Assembly: GCA_964404855.1 (NCBI GenBank)
Contig: CAYOLO010000001.1
Location: 94,245 to 158,244 of the forward strand
Source of the DNA: an uncultured Gammaproteobacteria bacterium
GTDB taxonomy: Bacteria > Patescibacteriota > Microgenomatia > CAYQLK01
Direction of reading: 5' to 3'
Length of the DNA stretch: 64,000 nucleotides
Every line of letters starts with the position of its first letter. The first letter of the stretch is position 1. The translations under genes were made by a program, and so were the position numbers. Shown piece by piece: positions 16,612 to 25,765 of the stretch. The notes beneath the pieces are model-generated. The model was not told where the DNA came from. It searched no databases and saw only the letters and a list, made by a program, of their open reading frames with translations.

Positions 16612-16848
16612 GTGGCTGACAAAAACTTCATCAAATTGTTCAGCAACGGCTCGCCAGAATGCCTGGCGATCATCGAGGAGCTGACGAAACAAGGTCGAGA
16701 GTTTGTTGCCATATCGGCTGTGGCAACTGACGAATGGCCTGTGCCGAGAACGGTACTGTTGTACTTTACGTTCAACGGGTACAACAACATTCGGCGGTAT
16801 CTACTGCCTGAACTTCCACCAAGCTACGAGCTCGTAGCAGTTTCGTAA
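16612..16848 (+). CDS. Small thioredoxin-fold-like protein with an SPEC motif (GC-rich islet); GTG start
   Basis: 78 aa. SD-like GGAGG at 16596..16600, 11 nt before the GTG. An intrinsic terminator follows. IKLFSNGSPECLAIIEELTKQGREF resembles a glutaredoxin/NrdH N-terminus with Ser in place of the first Cys. Confidence 0.5.
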   Translation: MADKNFIKLFSNGSPECLAIIEELTKQGREFVAISAVATDEWPVPRTVLLYFTFNGYNNIRRYLLPELPPSYELVAVS

Positions 16849-16857
16849 TTATCCCTT

Positions 16858-16892
16858 GCGCCACCTTAAAAAGTGGCGCTTTTTCTGTTTTT
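16858..16892 (+). terminator. Intrinsic terminator gcgccac-cttaaaaa-gtggcgc followed by tttttctgttttt
   Basis: Perfect 7-bp GC stem with a U-tract, directly after the stop of 16612..16848. Confidence 0.7.
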
Positions 16893-16907
16893 ATTATTAT
16901 CTGATTC

Positions 16908-18641
16908 TCAGGAAATTTTTTGGTCGGTGGAACCTGGAGTGTCGTCGTCTATTAAGGTTGTAATTATGCCAGTTTGAGGAGTTTCTTTTCTAATGGTTGA
17001 GCGGATTTTTCTGGCAAGTGACCAGAAAAGACGAATTTCTTCGACTCTTAAAACATGCGTTAAAAATAAATAAACTGTAAAACCAGCGGCAGTAGAAATG
17101 CCTGTAAGAATAATTAGATTAACCGTTTTGGTGGTGTCAAAAATAAGTTGATCAAGAAGTTTGATGGGGATGTACAAACTAAGAGCCATAAAAAATCCTG
17201 CGGTAAATATTTTGAATGCCGGAAGAAGCAGTTCATGACGAGAGAATTTGCCAACTTTGCGGTCAAGAAAAATAATTAATAAGGTTAGATTGATAATCGC
17301 TGAAATCGAACCAGACAATCCCAATGCCCAAACGGGGAGGATTAATATTTTGACAAAAATTAGACTTAAAACAATATTTGTTCCGACGGAAATTAAGCCA
17401 ATTTTTAAGGGTGTTACTGTATCGTGAAATGCATAAAAAGCACGAACGATTAGCAATAAAACGCTTTGGGCGGCAATTCCAAACGAAAGAGTGGCAAGCG
17501 TTCTACCTGTTAGTACAGTTGCCGGCCAATCAAACTCGCTGGCACCGAAAATAAGTCTAACTAATGGGATTCTTAAAACGATTAAACAAATTGCAGCCGG
17601 CACGACCAAAAAAAGCATCTGGTGCATGGAGGTCAAAATTGTTTTTTTGAAAGCTTCGATGTTGTTTTTGGCATATTCAAGGGAAAGTGCTGGAAGTGCA
17701 GCTTGGGCAATTGTGGCACCAAAAAGTCCTATTGGAACAACATATAAGTGACTGGCAAAGTTAAATGCGACCACACTTTTGGCGGAAATAATAGAAGCTA
17801 AAGCGATATCGACTGTTTCGTTTATTTGGGAGGCAAACATTCCGACACTACGAGGAAGGCCGAGACGGAGAAGTTTGACAAGGCTTGGCTCTTTGAAATT
17901 GAGAACAAATTGATAATTAAAACCTGAAGCATAGATTGCTGGAACCTGAATCAGAAAATGCATAATTGCACCCAAAACGACACCAATGGCTGGACCATAA
18001 ATACCGAGATTGTTGGAAAGTAGTACTGCGCCTAAAATAATGCCTAAGTTGTAAAAAACCGGCGCTAGAGCGGGTATCAAAAATCTCTGACTTGACTGTA
18101 ATATTCCTGTAAAAAAACTAGAAACAGCCAAAAATATTTGGGAAATAATCATTACCCTTGTCAGATTGACCAGAGTTGCGTGTTGAGCTGGATCGGCAAC
18201 TAACCCTGGAGCGATTAAGGCAACAAGCGGCTCAACAAAGATAAAACAAATCAAAGAAATTGCAACAAAGAATAGAAAAGCGATATTAATAATGTTACTG
18301 ACCGTACTCCAGAGTTTTTTCGCTTCTTGTTTTTGGGAAAGATCGGTAAAAATTGGAATGAACGAAACAGTAATTGTTCCAAATATTAAAACCTGAAAAA
18401 TAAAGTCAGGCAGGCGGAAAGCTGCCAAGTATGCAGCTAGGTCTGGGCCTGAACCAAAATATGCGGCAAGTAATCGGTCTCTGACTAAGCCTAATATTCT
18501 GGAAGCCAGTGAAAGCCCCATAATAAGGAAGGCAGCTGAAAGAATTGTTTTCTGCTTACGAAAAAGAAACTGTTGAGCCGCGCTAAGAGCTTTGGATTGT
18601 GATTGGGCTTTTGGAATCTTGGTTTTATTGGTTTTTGGCAT
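16908..18641 (-). CDS. murJ: Lipid II flippase MurJ (MviN)
   Basis: 577 aa and 14 TM. LASRILGLVRDRLLAAYFGSGPDLAAYLAAFRLPDFIFQ is the MurJ N-terminal signature. Confidence 0.9.
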   Translation of the reverse strand: MPKTNKTKIPKAQSQSKALSAAQQFLFRKQKTILSAAFLIMGLSLASRILGLVRDRLLAAYFGSGPDLAAYLAAFRLPDFIFQVLIFGTITVSFIPIFTDLSQKQEAKKLWSTVSNIINIAFLFFVAISLICFIFVEPLVALIAPGLVADPAQHATLVNLTRVMIISQIFLAVSSFFTGILQSSQRFLIPALAPVFYNLGIILGAVLLSNNLGIYGPAIGVVLGAIMHFLIQVPAIYASGFNYQFVLNFKEPSLVKLLRLGLPRSVGMFASQINETVDIALASIISAKSVVAFNFASHLYVVPIGLFGATIAQAALPALSLEYAKNNIEAFKKTILTSMHQMLFLVVPAAICLIVLRIPLVRLIFGASEFDWPATVLTGRTLATLSFGIAAQSVLLLIVRAFYAFHDTVTPLKIGLISVGTNIVLSLIFVKILILPVWALGLSGSISAIINLTLLIIFLDRKVGKFSRHELLLPAFKIFTAGFFMALSLYIPIKLLDQLIFDTTKTVNLIILTGISTAAGFTVYLFLTHVLRVEEIRLFWSLARKIRSTIRKETPQTGIITTLIDDDTPGSTDQKIS

Positions 18642-18906
18642 TAAAAATGTTTAGGGTGTAATTGTTTAGACGGCAAGATTGTATAGAAGCACTAGAATTA
18701 AGTATATAGCTTGCGTTTTGACAGCCTCAAGTGCTAGAATTGCGCAGCTTCGGAGTTAAAGTTAAAATTCTAAAGCAGTGAGTGCCTCTTAAGAATTACT
18801 CGCTAAAAATAATTTGAAATTCTGCTTCCAGCAAATTTCACTTTAATTTTAGCTATGTCTTCTAATTGGCATTTAATTTTATTTATAAAATTATTTTAAT
18901 TGAATA

Positions 18907-19212
18907 ATGCCAATTATTAAGTCAGCGATTAAAAAAATGCGTCAGGACAAGGTCCGAACCGCACGAAATGCAAAAATAAAATCAAACATTAAAAGAGTTT
19001 TGAAGAATGTCCGCAAGGATGTTGCTAACCCAAAACTTGGATCTGAAGTTTTTTCAACTTTGGACAGAGCAAGTAAAAAGGGATTTATTTCTAAGAGAAA
19101 AGCCTCAAGACTCAAATCTAGAATGGCAAAAGCTGCTTCAAAAGTTAGCACAGCTACAGTTGCCAAATCTCCTGTTAAGACAACCAAAACGGTTGTTAAA
19201 AAATCCAAATAA
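18907..19212 (+). CDS. rpsT: 30S ribosomal protein S20 with a Lys/Ala-rich C-terminal extension
   Basis: MPIIKSAIKKMRQDKVRTARNAKIKSNIKRVLKNV matches bS20. Confidence 0.9.
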   Translation: MPIIKSAIKKMRQDKVRTARNAKIKSNIKRVLKNVRKDVANPKLGSEVFSTLDRASKKGFISKRKASRLKSRMAKAASKVSTATVAKSPVKTTKTVVKKSK

Positions 19213-19272
19213 TTAGCTTAAAATAGTTTTTTAGAGGTTGCCAAAAGTCTCCTGCTTTGGTAAATTTACCCT

Positions 19273-19503
19273 ATGAGAAAGTTAACTGCCTTGCCACTTG
19301 CGGCTGCAACATATTTAACCCAAGTATCTGGCGCATTTGCGGCTGGAACAACTCCAGCTAAGGTAGCTACCCCCTCCTCTTCCACAGCTAGTTCAACTTT
19401 GCCAAACACTGGCGTTTTTGAACCAACCGTATTGGTTTTTGTAGCCGCTGTAGGACTATTGTTTGTTGGGGCGTACTACGTAAATCGCGCTTTTTCGAAA
19501 TAG
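19273..19503 (+). CDS. Minimal LPXTG-type (LPNTG) cell-wall-sorting-signal protein, 76 aa
   Basis: Signal peptide (MRKLTALPLAAATYLTQVSGAFAAG), a Ser/Thr/Ala-rich linker, LPNTG, a hydrophobic segment and a charged tail NRAFSK. Confidence 0.55.
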   Translation: MRKLTALPLAAATYLTQVSGAFAAGTTPAKVATPSSSTASSTLPNTGVFEPTVLVFVAAVGLLFVGAYYVNRAFSK

Positions 19504-19589
19504 ATATTATTTTCCTATTTTTTGGGAACAGAATTGGTGAGTGACTAGAATTTAATAATTTTGGTTGCTTGCTTTTTTTGTGGAAAAAA

Positions 19590-20795
19590 CTAGTTAGACG
19601 GAGTTGGTGTTGGGACTGGATAAAGCGTGTCTTGGATAAACTTGTGAATCTGATCAAGATTACCTGAAGCTGGAGTTAAAACGTATTGGAGACCATAGGT
19701 GTTCGAGATGGGCGGGTTGATAAGAAGCGGATTGTCTCCATCAGTTGAGATAACTGAAGAAGATATTTGTCCTGCTCTGGCCTGTTGGAATAGTTCGAAA
19801 AAGTCTGGGAATTCTGAAGGCGAAATATTAGTGTCGATTGACTGACTAAAGGTATTGTAAAGCGAAAGGATTTTGGTTGGATTAAAAACTCCCTCAAGTG
19901 AGAAGATTTTGTCTTTGACAGCACTAATTACTTTTTCTTGACGCTTAGAACGAGCAAAGTCGGAGTTTTCGTCATTAGTGCCTTTTCTGGAGCGGACATA
20001 TTTAAGTGCTGTTTGACCATCCATGTGAGTAAGCCCTGCCTCAAAATGCAGATGTTCGTACCTGCAAGTAAAAGGGTCCTCGCCTTCTACTATTTGATTG
20101 TTGGAATCAAGAAGTTTAATTCTTCCGACTCCATCTCCATCTGTAACGGTTTCATATTTTAGACCACACATGTTTTTTTCTTCGCCACTAATTGGATACA
20201 TATAATCATCGAAGGTTTGGTCGACAATGATATCGACGCCGCCAAGTTCGTCTATAGCTCTGGTAAAGCCGTTAAAGTCCAGGCGAACGACATAATGGAT
20301 TGGTACACCCAATATCTCACTAACAGCGTCTGAGGCCTGAGCAATGCCCTGAGTTTTGCTTTTTTCGACGCCAAAAGCATAAGCTGTATTAATTTTGGCT
20401 TTTATGGAATCAACCCAAAAATCTCTTGGGATAGAAATCAGGTTGGTGTTTTTGGTGTTCTGATTGTAGGAAGCAAGAATAAGCGTATCGGTAAGGTTGG
20501 GACCATCGTGGCCTTCGCCACCAGTACCAAGAATAAGAATATTGGTTCTACCTCTGTCATTAATTATGTTTGGACCAGAATTGATAATAGGATTGTTGAG
20601 AATATTTTGCGTAGCGTTTCTTAAATAAGGAACAAAAACCGATGTTACAGCTAAAGCGAAAAAAGCAATTAATATAAGTCCAATTATTTTAAGTTTGCGA
20701 GAGGATTTTGCACTAACTTTGTCGGATTTTGTATTCGTACTTGCACTGATAACTTTCCCCTTTTTTTTAACAGGGGTTGAATTAAGGCTTTGCAT
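19590..20795 (-). CDS. LytR-CpsA-Psr (LCP) family cell-envelope phosphotransferase
   Basis: 401 aa. N-terminal TM anchor followed by an LCP domain (RTNILILGTGGEGHDGPNLTDTLILASYN, SIPRDFWV). Confidence 0.85.
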   Translation of the reverse strand: MQSLNSTPVKKKGKVISASTNTKSDKVSAKSSRKLKIIGLILIAFFALAVTSVFVPYLRNATQNILNNPIINSGPNIINDRGRTNILILGTGGEGHDGPNLTDTLILASYNQNTKNTNLISIPRDFWVDSIKAKINTAYAFGVEKSKTQGIAQASDAVSEILGVPIHYVVRLDFNGFTRAIDELGGVDIIVDQTFDDYMYPISGEEKNMCGLKYETVTDGDGVGRIKLLDSNNQIVEGEDPFTCRYEHLHFEAGLTHMDGQTALKYVRSRKGTNDENSDFARSKRQEKVISAVKDKIFSLEGVFNPTKILSLYNTFSQSIDTNISPSEFPDFFELFQQARAGQISSSVISTDGDNPLLINPPISNTYGLQYVLTPASGNLDQIHKFIQDTLYPVPTPTPSN

Positions 20796-21457
20796 TATTT
20801 GCAGAGATTAATTATTTGATTAAATAAATTGATATCAGTTGAAGCTTTGCCAACTAGGGCACCGTCGATATTTTCTGCGTCAAAAAAATCTTTAATATTT
20901 TCGATTGTAACGCTGCCACCATATAACACAGTCTGACAGCCGGTTATATCTTTAATAGATTTAATTTTTTCATCTGCAACTTTGCCAGTTAAAGGCTGAG
21001 CACCTGGGTTGGTTGAAATTGATTCTTCCGGCTCGAAAGCCAAAACTAAATCTGAATAATCTCCTAAACTTTCAGAAGTAAGTTCAGAATAATTACCACA
21101 AACAATCGGATGAATATTTTGTCCTCTTAGATTCTCGACTTTTAGTTGAATATCATCGGCGGTAACACCAAAAAGTCGGCGAGTTTCGGAGTGTCCAACA
21201 AGCGAGTATTTTGCCAAACCTTGGATGATTTCAGCAGGAACTTGTCCGGTAAAGGCGCCAATTGATTTGACTGAAACATCTTGAGCGCCAAAAGAGATAT
21301 TGCCAGAAACCGGCAAATTTGCAATTGCTCCAAGAACAGGGAAACTGGGACAGACAACAATTTCTAGAGAAGAGTCGGAGATATTTGTAAACCAATCACT
21401 TGCCTGATCAACGGTAAGGTTAGCCTTCCAGTTGGCGACAAGCATGAAATTTTTCAT
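20795..21457 (-). CDS. tpiA: Triosephosphate isomerase (short form)
   Basis: 220 aa. ANWKAN, VGHSETRR and AFEPE...TNPG motifs match TIM catalytic signatures. Confidence 0.75.
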   Translation of the reverse strand: MKNFMLVANWKANLTVDQASDWFTNISDSSLEIVVCPSFPVLGAIANLPVSGNISFGAQDVSVKSIGAFTGQVPAEIIQGLAKYSLVGHSETRRLFGVTADDIQLKVENLRGQNIHPIVCGNYSELTSESLGDYSDLVLAFEPEESISTNPGAQPLTGKVADEKIKSIKDITGCQTVLYGGSVTIENIKDFFDAENIDGALVGKASTDINLFNQIINLCK

Positions 21458-21462
21458 AATTT

Positions 21463-21729
21463 TCAGACAAGATTATCTGAAAGAAATTTGTCGAATTTGT
21501 CTGGAGTGGTTGCTCCTAAATGACGAGCAACTTCTACATCATCTTTTAAAATAATGTAGGTTGGGATTGAAGCGACATTATATTTAATGGAGTCATCGGG
21601 GGTTTCGTCGACGTTTATTTCTACGAATTCTATCTTCCCATCGTATTTTTTCTTCATATCTTCAATAATAGGATGCATCAGTTTGCATGGGCCACACCAC
21701 TCTGCCCAGAAATCAAGGAGTTTAATCAT
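21463..21729 (-). CDS. trxA: Thioredoxin
   Basis: 88 aa with the WCGPC active site. Confidence 0.9.
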   Translation of the reverse strand: MIKLLDFWAEWCGPCKLMHPIIEDMKKKYDGKIEFVEINVDETPDDSIKYNVASIPTYIILKDDVEVARHLGATTPDKFDKFLSDNLV

Positions 21730-21757
21730 ATTTTTAAAAAACTTAGAATACTTTTAT

Positions 21758-23539
21758 ATGGATAATAAGGAAATTTTAGCAGGTCTAAATACAGCACAAC
21801 AAGAAGCGGTTGAAAAAACTGATGGTCCAGTGCTGGTTTTGGCGGGAGCTGGGAGCGGAAAAACTAAGGTTTTGACTCAGAAGCTTTGTTATATTTTGGC
21901 CAACCAACTTGCCTATCCTTCAGAAATATTAATGGTGACATTTACCAATAAGGCGGCAGCGGAAATGAAGGAAAGAGTTGTTAAGCTGTTGGGAGAAAAT
22001 TCTGATTTGCCTTTTATGGGAACATTCCATTCTTATGGTGCGAGATTTTTGAGAATTGAGGGTCAACACCTAGGGCTTTCTTCAAATTTTGTGATTTATG
22101 ATGAAAAAGATAGTGTCGATTTAATAGGTACAGTGATGGAAGAGTTGAATATTGGCACCAAAACTACCAAACCTCAGGCGGTCAAATACAACATTAGCAG
22201 TGCAAAAAACGAAATGGTTTCGGCTAAAGAATATTTGGGATATGCCAAAGGTTATTTTCAGGAAACGGTCGCAAAAGTTTATTTGGGATATGAACAAAAA
22301 ATGCAGGAAGTGAATGCGGTTGATTTTGATGATTTACTTAAAAAAGTAGTTGACCTATTAAAAACAAATTCCGAACTAAAAGAAAAATATTCCAACAGAT
22401 ATAAATATGTTTTGGTTGATGAGTATCAAGACGTTAATGCGGCACAATATCAATTAACAAAAATACTATCTAGTAAACATGGAAATATCACTGTTGTTGG
22501 GGATGCATCTCAGGCGATTTATGCTTTTCGGGGAGCTGATTTTCGAAATATCGTTAATTTTGAAAAAGATTTTAAGGATGTAGAAGTTATTAACTTGGAG
22601 GAAAATTATAGATCAACAAACACGATTTTATCTGCAGCTAATACTGTAATTTCGCAAAACAGAAGCCATCCAGTGTTAAAGCTTTGGACAAAAAATGGAC
22701 AAGGAGAATTAATTAGACTTATTCAAGCACCAGACGAACAAGCAGAGGGAAATATTATTGCTTCGGTAATTATTAATTCTGGAAGAGATTTTGATGACTT
22801 TGCAATCCTCTATCGTACAAATGCTCAATCTCGCTCAATTGAAGAGTCATTAATAAAAAGTGGTGTGCCATATAACCTTGTTGGTGGGGTTAGGTTTTAT
22901 GACAGAAAAGAGATAAAAGATGTGTTGGCATACATGCGAATGATTGCCAATGAAAAAGATTTGGTAGCAAGGGAAAGAGTTATGAAATTGGGTAAACGAA
23001 AATATCAGCAATTTATTTTAAGAGTTGGCGAAATAAATAAAGAGCATCCGCCATCAGAAATATTGTCATCAGTACTAGAGATAAGTAATTATCTATCAAG
23101 GTTTGATGAAAAAGACCCTGAAGAAGCAGGGAGAGTTGAAAATATTCGGGAGCTTTCTTCGGTGGCTGAGAAGTTTGATAACTTGGATGAATTTTTGGAA
23201 AATGTTGCGCTTATGGAATCAGGGTCTGACTTAAGAAAGAACGGTGAGCACACTTCTGAAGTGACTTTGATGACGATTCATTCAGCTAAAGGATTGGAAT
23301 TCCCTGTGGTTTTTATGACCGGCATGGAAGAAGGTTTGTTCCCCCATTCTAGGTCTCTTATTGACCCAGCACAGCTCGAGGAAGAAAGAAGACTTTGCTA
23401 TGTTGGAATGACGAGGGCAAAAGAAGTATTGTTTTTGACTTACACCTCTAATCGACTATATTTTGGCGTCAGAGGAAGTAGTATTCCGTCACGATTTTTG
23501 GGTGATTTGCCGGAAGAATTGGTTAAAAATTTGTCGTAG
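21758..23539 (+). CDS. pcrA: ATP-dependent DNA helicase, UvrD/PcrA family
   Basis: Start placed at MDNKEILAGLNTAQQEAV, because the upstream ORF extension overlaps trxA and was rejected. Walker A is AGAGSGKT. The DEYQD and TIHSAKGLEF helicase motifs are present. Confidence 0.9.
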   Translation: MDNKEILAGLNTAQQEAVEKTDGPVLVLAGAGSGKTKVLTQKLCYILANQLAYPSEILMVTFTNKAAAEMKERVVKLLGENSDLPFMGTFHSYGARFLRIEGQHLGLSSNFVIYDEKDSVDLIGTVMEELNIGTKTTKPQAVKYNISSAKNEMVSAKEYLGYAKGYFQETVAKVYLGYEQKMQEVNAVDFDDLLKKVVDLLKTNSELKEKYSNRYKYVLVDEYQDVNAAQYQLTKILSSKHGNITVVGDASQAIYAFRGADFRNIVNFEKDFKDVEVINLEENYRSTNTILSAANTVISQNRSHPVLKLWTKNGQGELIRLIQAPDEQAEGNIIASVIINSGRDFDDFAILYRTNAQSRSIEESLIKSGVPYNLVGGVRFYDRKEIKDVLAYMRMIANEKDLVARERVMKLGKRKYQQFILRVGEINKEHPPSEILSSVLEISNYLSRFDEKDPEEAGRVENIRELSSVAEKFDNLDEFLENVALMESGSDLRKNGEHTSEVTLMTIHSAKGLEFPVVFMTGMEEGLFPHSRSLIDPAQLEEERRLCYVGMTRAKEVLFLTYTSNRLYFGVRGSSIPSRFLGDLPEELVKNLS

Positions 23540-23563
23540 ATAAAAAAAGAATAGAATATAAAA

Positions 23564-24559
23564 ATGATTAGGATTGCAGAGACTAATGATAAAAAGAGAT
23601 TTAGCGAATCAGCAAAGCATATCATGCAGAGCTGGGAGTGGGGTGAATTTCGAGAAAAAACCGGCAACAAGATATTGCGAATAATTGAAGAGAACGATAA
23701 AAATTGGAATGTTTTTTCTTTGACGGTACACAGTGTCCCAAAAACTAAATTTAATATTGGCTATATGCCAAAATCTATTTGGCCGAGTGAACAAGTTTTG
23801 GGATTTTTGGAGGAGTTGGCGAAAAAAGAAAATATTGTTTTTATAAAAATCGAGCCAGACGTAGAAATTGAAAAATTTAAGTTAAAAAAATCAAAAATAA
23901 AAATTATAAAAAGCCAAAAAGATATTTTTGCAAAAAGTACATTTTTGGTTGATTTAACAAAACTTGAAGAAGACCTGTTTAGGAGCCTTAATCAAAAAAC
24001 TCGTTATAACGTACGCGTTGCCCAAAAAAACAATGTGGTGGTTGAAGTTAGTGACAAGGTTGACGATTTTGTAAAACTGCAAAGAGAAACTGCAAAAAGA
24101 AATGGATTTTATTTACACCCTGACTCATACTACAAAACGGTTTTTGAACTATTTGCAGAAAAAAAAATGGCAAAGATAATTAGTGCTAAATATAAAGGAA
24201 AAATTTTGACCTCTTGGATGCTGTTTATCTTTAAGGATGTTTGGTATTACCCGTATGGCGGATCTAGTTCTGAACAGCGTAATTTGATGCACTCGAACTT
24301 AGTTGCATGGGAAGCTATTAAATTAGCCAAACGCGAAGGTGGCAAAATATTTGACATGTGGGGAGCGTTGGGAAAGAATCCAAATGAAAAGGATCCGTGG
24401 TATGGATTTCACCGTTTTAAGTCTGGTTACGGGGGGAAGTTGGTTGAATATCCTGGGGCTTATGATTTGGTTGTAAATCAAAAAATGTATCTACTTATGA
24501 ACACGGTTGATAAAGCTAGATGGGTATTTCTTAGGTTAAAAAAAAGGGTGGCTGTCTAG
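23564..24559 (+). CDS. FemAB-family peptidoglycan interpeptide-bridge aminoacyltransferase
   Basis: 331 aa. FemAB/GNAT-like architecture with a conserved C-terminal WYYPYGGSS...FKSGYGG region. Confidence 0.75.
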   Translation: MIRIAETNDKKRFSESAKHIMQSWEWGEFREKTGNKILRIIEENDKNWNVFSLTVHSVPKTKFNIGYMPKSIWPSEQVLGFLEELAKKENIVFIKIEPDVEIEKFKLKKSKIKIIKSQKDIFAKSTFLVDLTKLEEDLFRSLNQKTRYNVRVAQKNNVVVEVSDKVDDFVKLQRETAKRNGFYLHPDSYYKTVFELFAEKKMAKIISAKYKGKILTSWMLFIFKDVWYYPYGGSSSEQRNLMHSNLVAWEAIKLAKREGGKIFDMWGALGKNPNEKDPWYGFHRFKSGYGGKLVEYPGAYDLVVNQKMYLLMNTVDKARWVFLRLKKRVAV

Positions 24560-24581
24560 TCAAAAAGACTAAACAACCACC
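24545..24581. terminator. Long hairpin gggtggctgtctagtc-aaaaa-gactaaacaaccaccc between convergent genes
   Basis: 16-bp stem with two mismatches, flanked by an A-run on the plus strand and a T-run on the minus strand. It spans the femAB stop and lies 22 nt from the end of the minus-strand gene. Confidence 0.55.
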
Positions 24582-24602
24582 CACTGGCGATTCACAGAAG
24601 AG

Positions 24603-24998
24603 TCATCGCGCCCTTCTTGTCACACGCGGCAATTGTGTTCCTGAAGGTTCTACGCGGTATTTCTGCAGGATTCGGTCGACACCCTCGACGAGTGCGCGTT
24701 TTTGGAGAGGCTGCAAACCAGTGAAACCTGGAGTGACCAGGTGTTGATTTGGTTTGATCTGCTGGGCTTCTTGGTGATAGCCTGGATAATTCTCCAGTTC
24801 GAAAGCGAAGACGCCCTCGATTGCGTGGACAGTATCTTCGACCTTGCTGTCCGTGAGGAGCGCCCGACGATCGTAGGTTGGAATGGGTCGAAGTGTGTCA
24901 ATCCTCCCTTGGTTCATCAGCCTCCAGATGCTCTGGAGCCAAGCGGTAACTTCTTGCACGGCTTTCGCTCGCCGAACTTCGTCTTGTGTAACTTTCAT
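24603..24998 (-). CDS. Hypothetical protein (GC-rich islet)
   Basis: 131-aa ORF at more than 50% GC. Confidence 0.45.
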   Translation of the reverse strand: MKVTQDEVRRAKAVQEVTAWLQSIWRLMNQGRIDTLRPIPTYDRRALLTDSKVEDTVHAIEGVFAFELENYPGYHQEAQQIKPNQHLVTPGFTGLQPLQKRALVEGVDRILQKYRVEPSGTQLPRVTRRAR

Positions 24999-25174
24999 GG
25001 CAAAAGCGGCTCCAGTGTGCGGATAATCTTGTCCTTCTGATCAGGACAAATCCTGTCTGGGCGCATCGGCATGGGTTTTGACGGTGAGAACGGGGTGGTT
25101 GAAGGTGAGGTTCGAGTCGGTGCGGTGGTTGGACTACTGGGCATGTCTAGATGTTCCTCCTTTGAAATATGAAT

Positions 25175-25663
25175 CTAGTCGGTCTCGCTGTCTAACAGCT
25201 TCCAAGTGTCAGGATCGCCGAGATGACGCTTGTCGTGTCTGGTAAAACGTCGATCAAGCGAAGGATCTGCGCTATCAGGAATTCCCAGATCAGGAAACTG
25301 AAATGCGCGGAGGAGGGCGAAGGTTTTTTTGAGCAGGCCGACTCCGATGTTTACGGTGCCGTCCATACTCATGTCTCCGGTTTTGACACAACTCTTGATC
25401 AACCAAAGATCCTCTTCGGTAACGAGAATTTCTTCATAGTTATCCTCGCACCCTTCATAAAAATCGCCGTTTGCAGGAACAAGTTCATCATAAAGATGTC
25501 CCAGTCCTGAAAGAAGCGATCGGTTTGGGTCAACCTCTAAGTATGCTGTTGATCCGCGCTGCTCTGGATGAGGTGACTGTGGAATACCATCGATTGAGTC
25601 CACAAGGTGGACGACTTCGTAGACGTTGAGCTTGAGTCCAAGGACTCTTGCGTTGTCAGACAT
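25175..25663 (-). CDS. Hypothetical protein (GC-rich islet)
   Basis: 162-aa ORF at more than 50% GC. Confidence 0.45.
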   Translation of the reverse strand: MSDNARVLGLKLNVYEVVHLVDSIDGIPQSPHPEQRGSTAYLEVDPNRSLLSGLGHLYDELVPANGDFYEGCEDNYEEILVTEEDLWLIKSCVKTGDMSMDGTVNIGVGLLKKTFALLRAFQFPDLGIPDSADPSLDRRFTRHDKRHLGDPDTWKLLDSETD

Positions 25664-25765
25664 TGATCCTCCTTGAAGACCGAGATGTTTTTCTGCGCTT
25701 TAGGATTAAGGTGCCAGAAAGCGTTAACTTTTCTGTTGGCGGAAATTATATACCTAATGTCTAAT

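Noticed and set aside
21587-21757. 5' extension of the PcrA ORF (MESSGVSSTF...) overlapping trxA on the opposite strand
   Set aside because: The helicase homology begins at MDNKEILAGL (21758). The extension is antisense to a well-supported thioredoxin gene, so the upstream start is an ORF-caller artefact.
25090-25125. ggttcgagtcgg resembling a tRNA T-arm in the 24999-25174 spacer
   Set aside because: No acceptor-stem or anticodon-arm pairing could be built around it. It is probably chance in GC-rich DNA.
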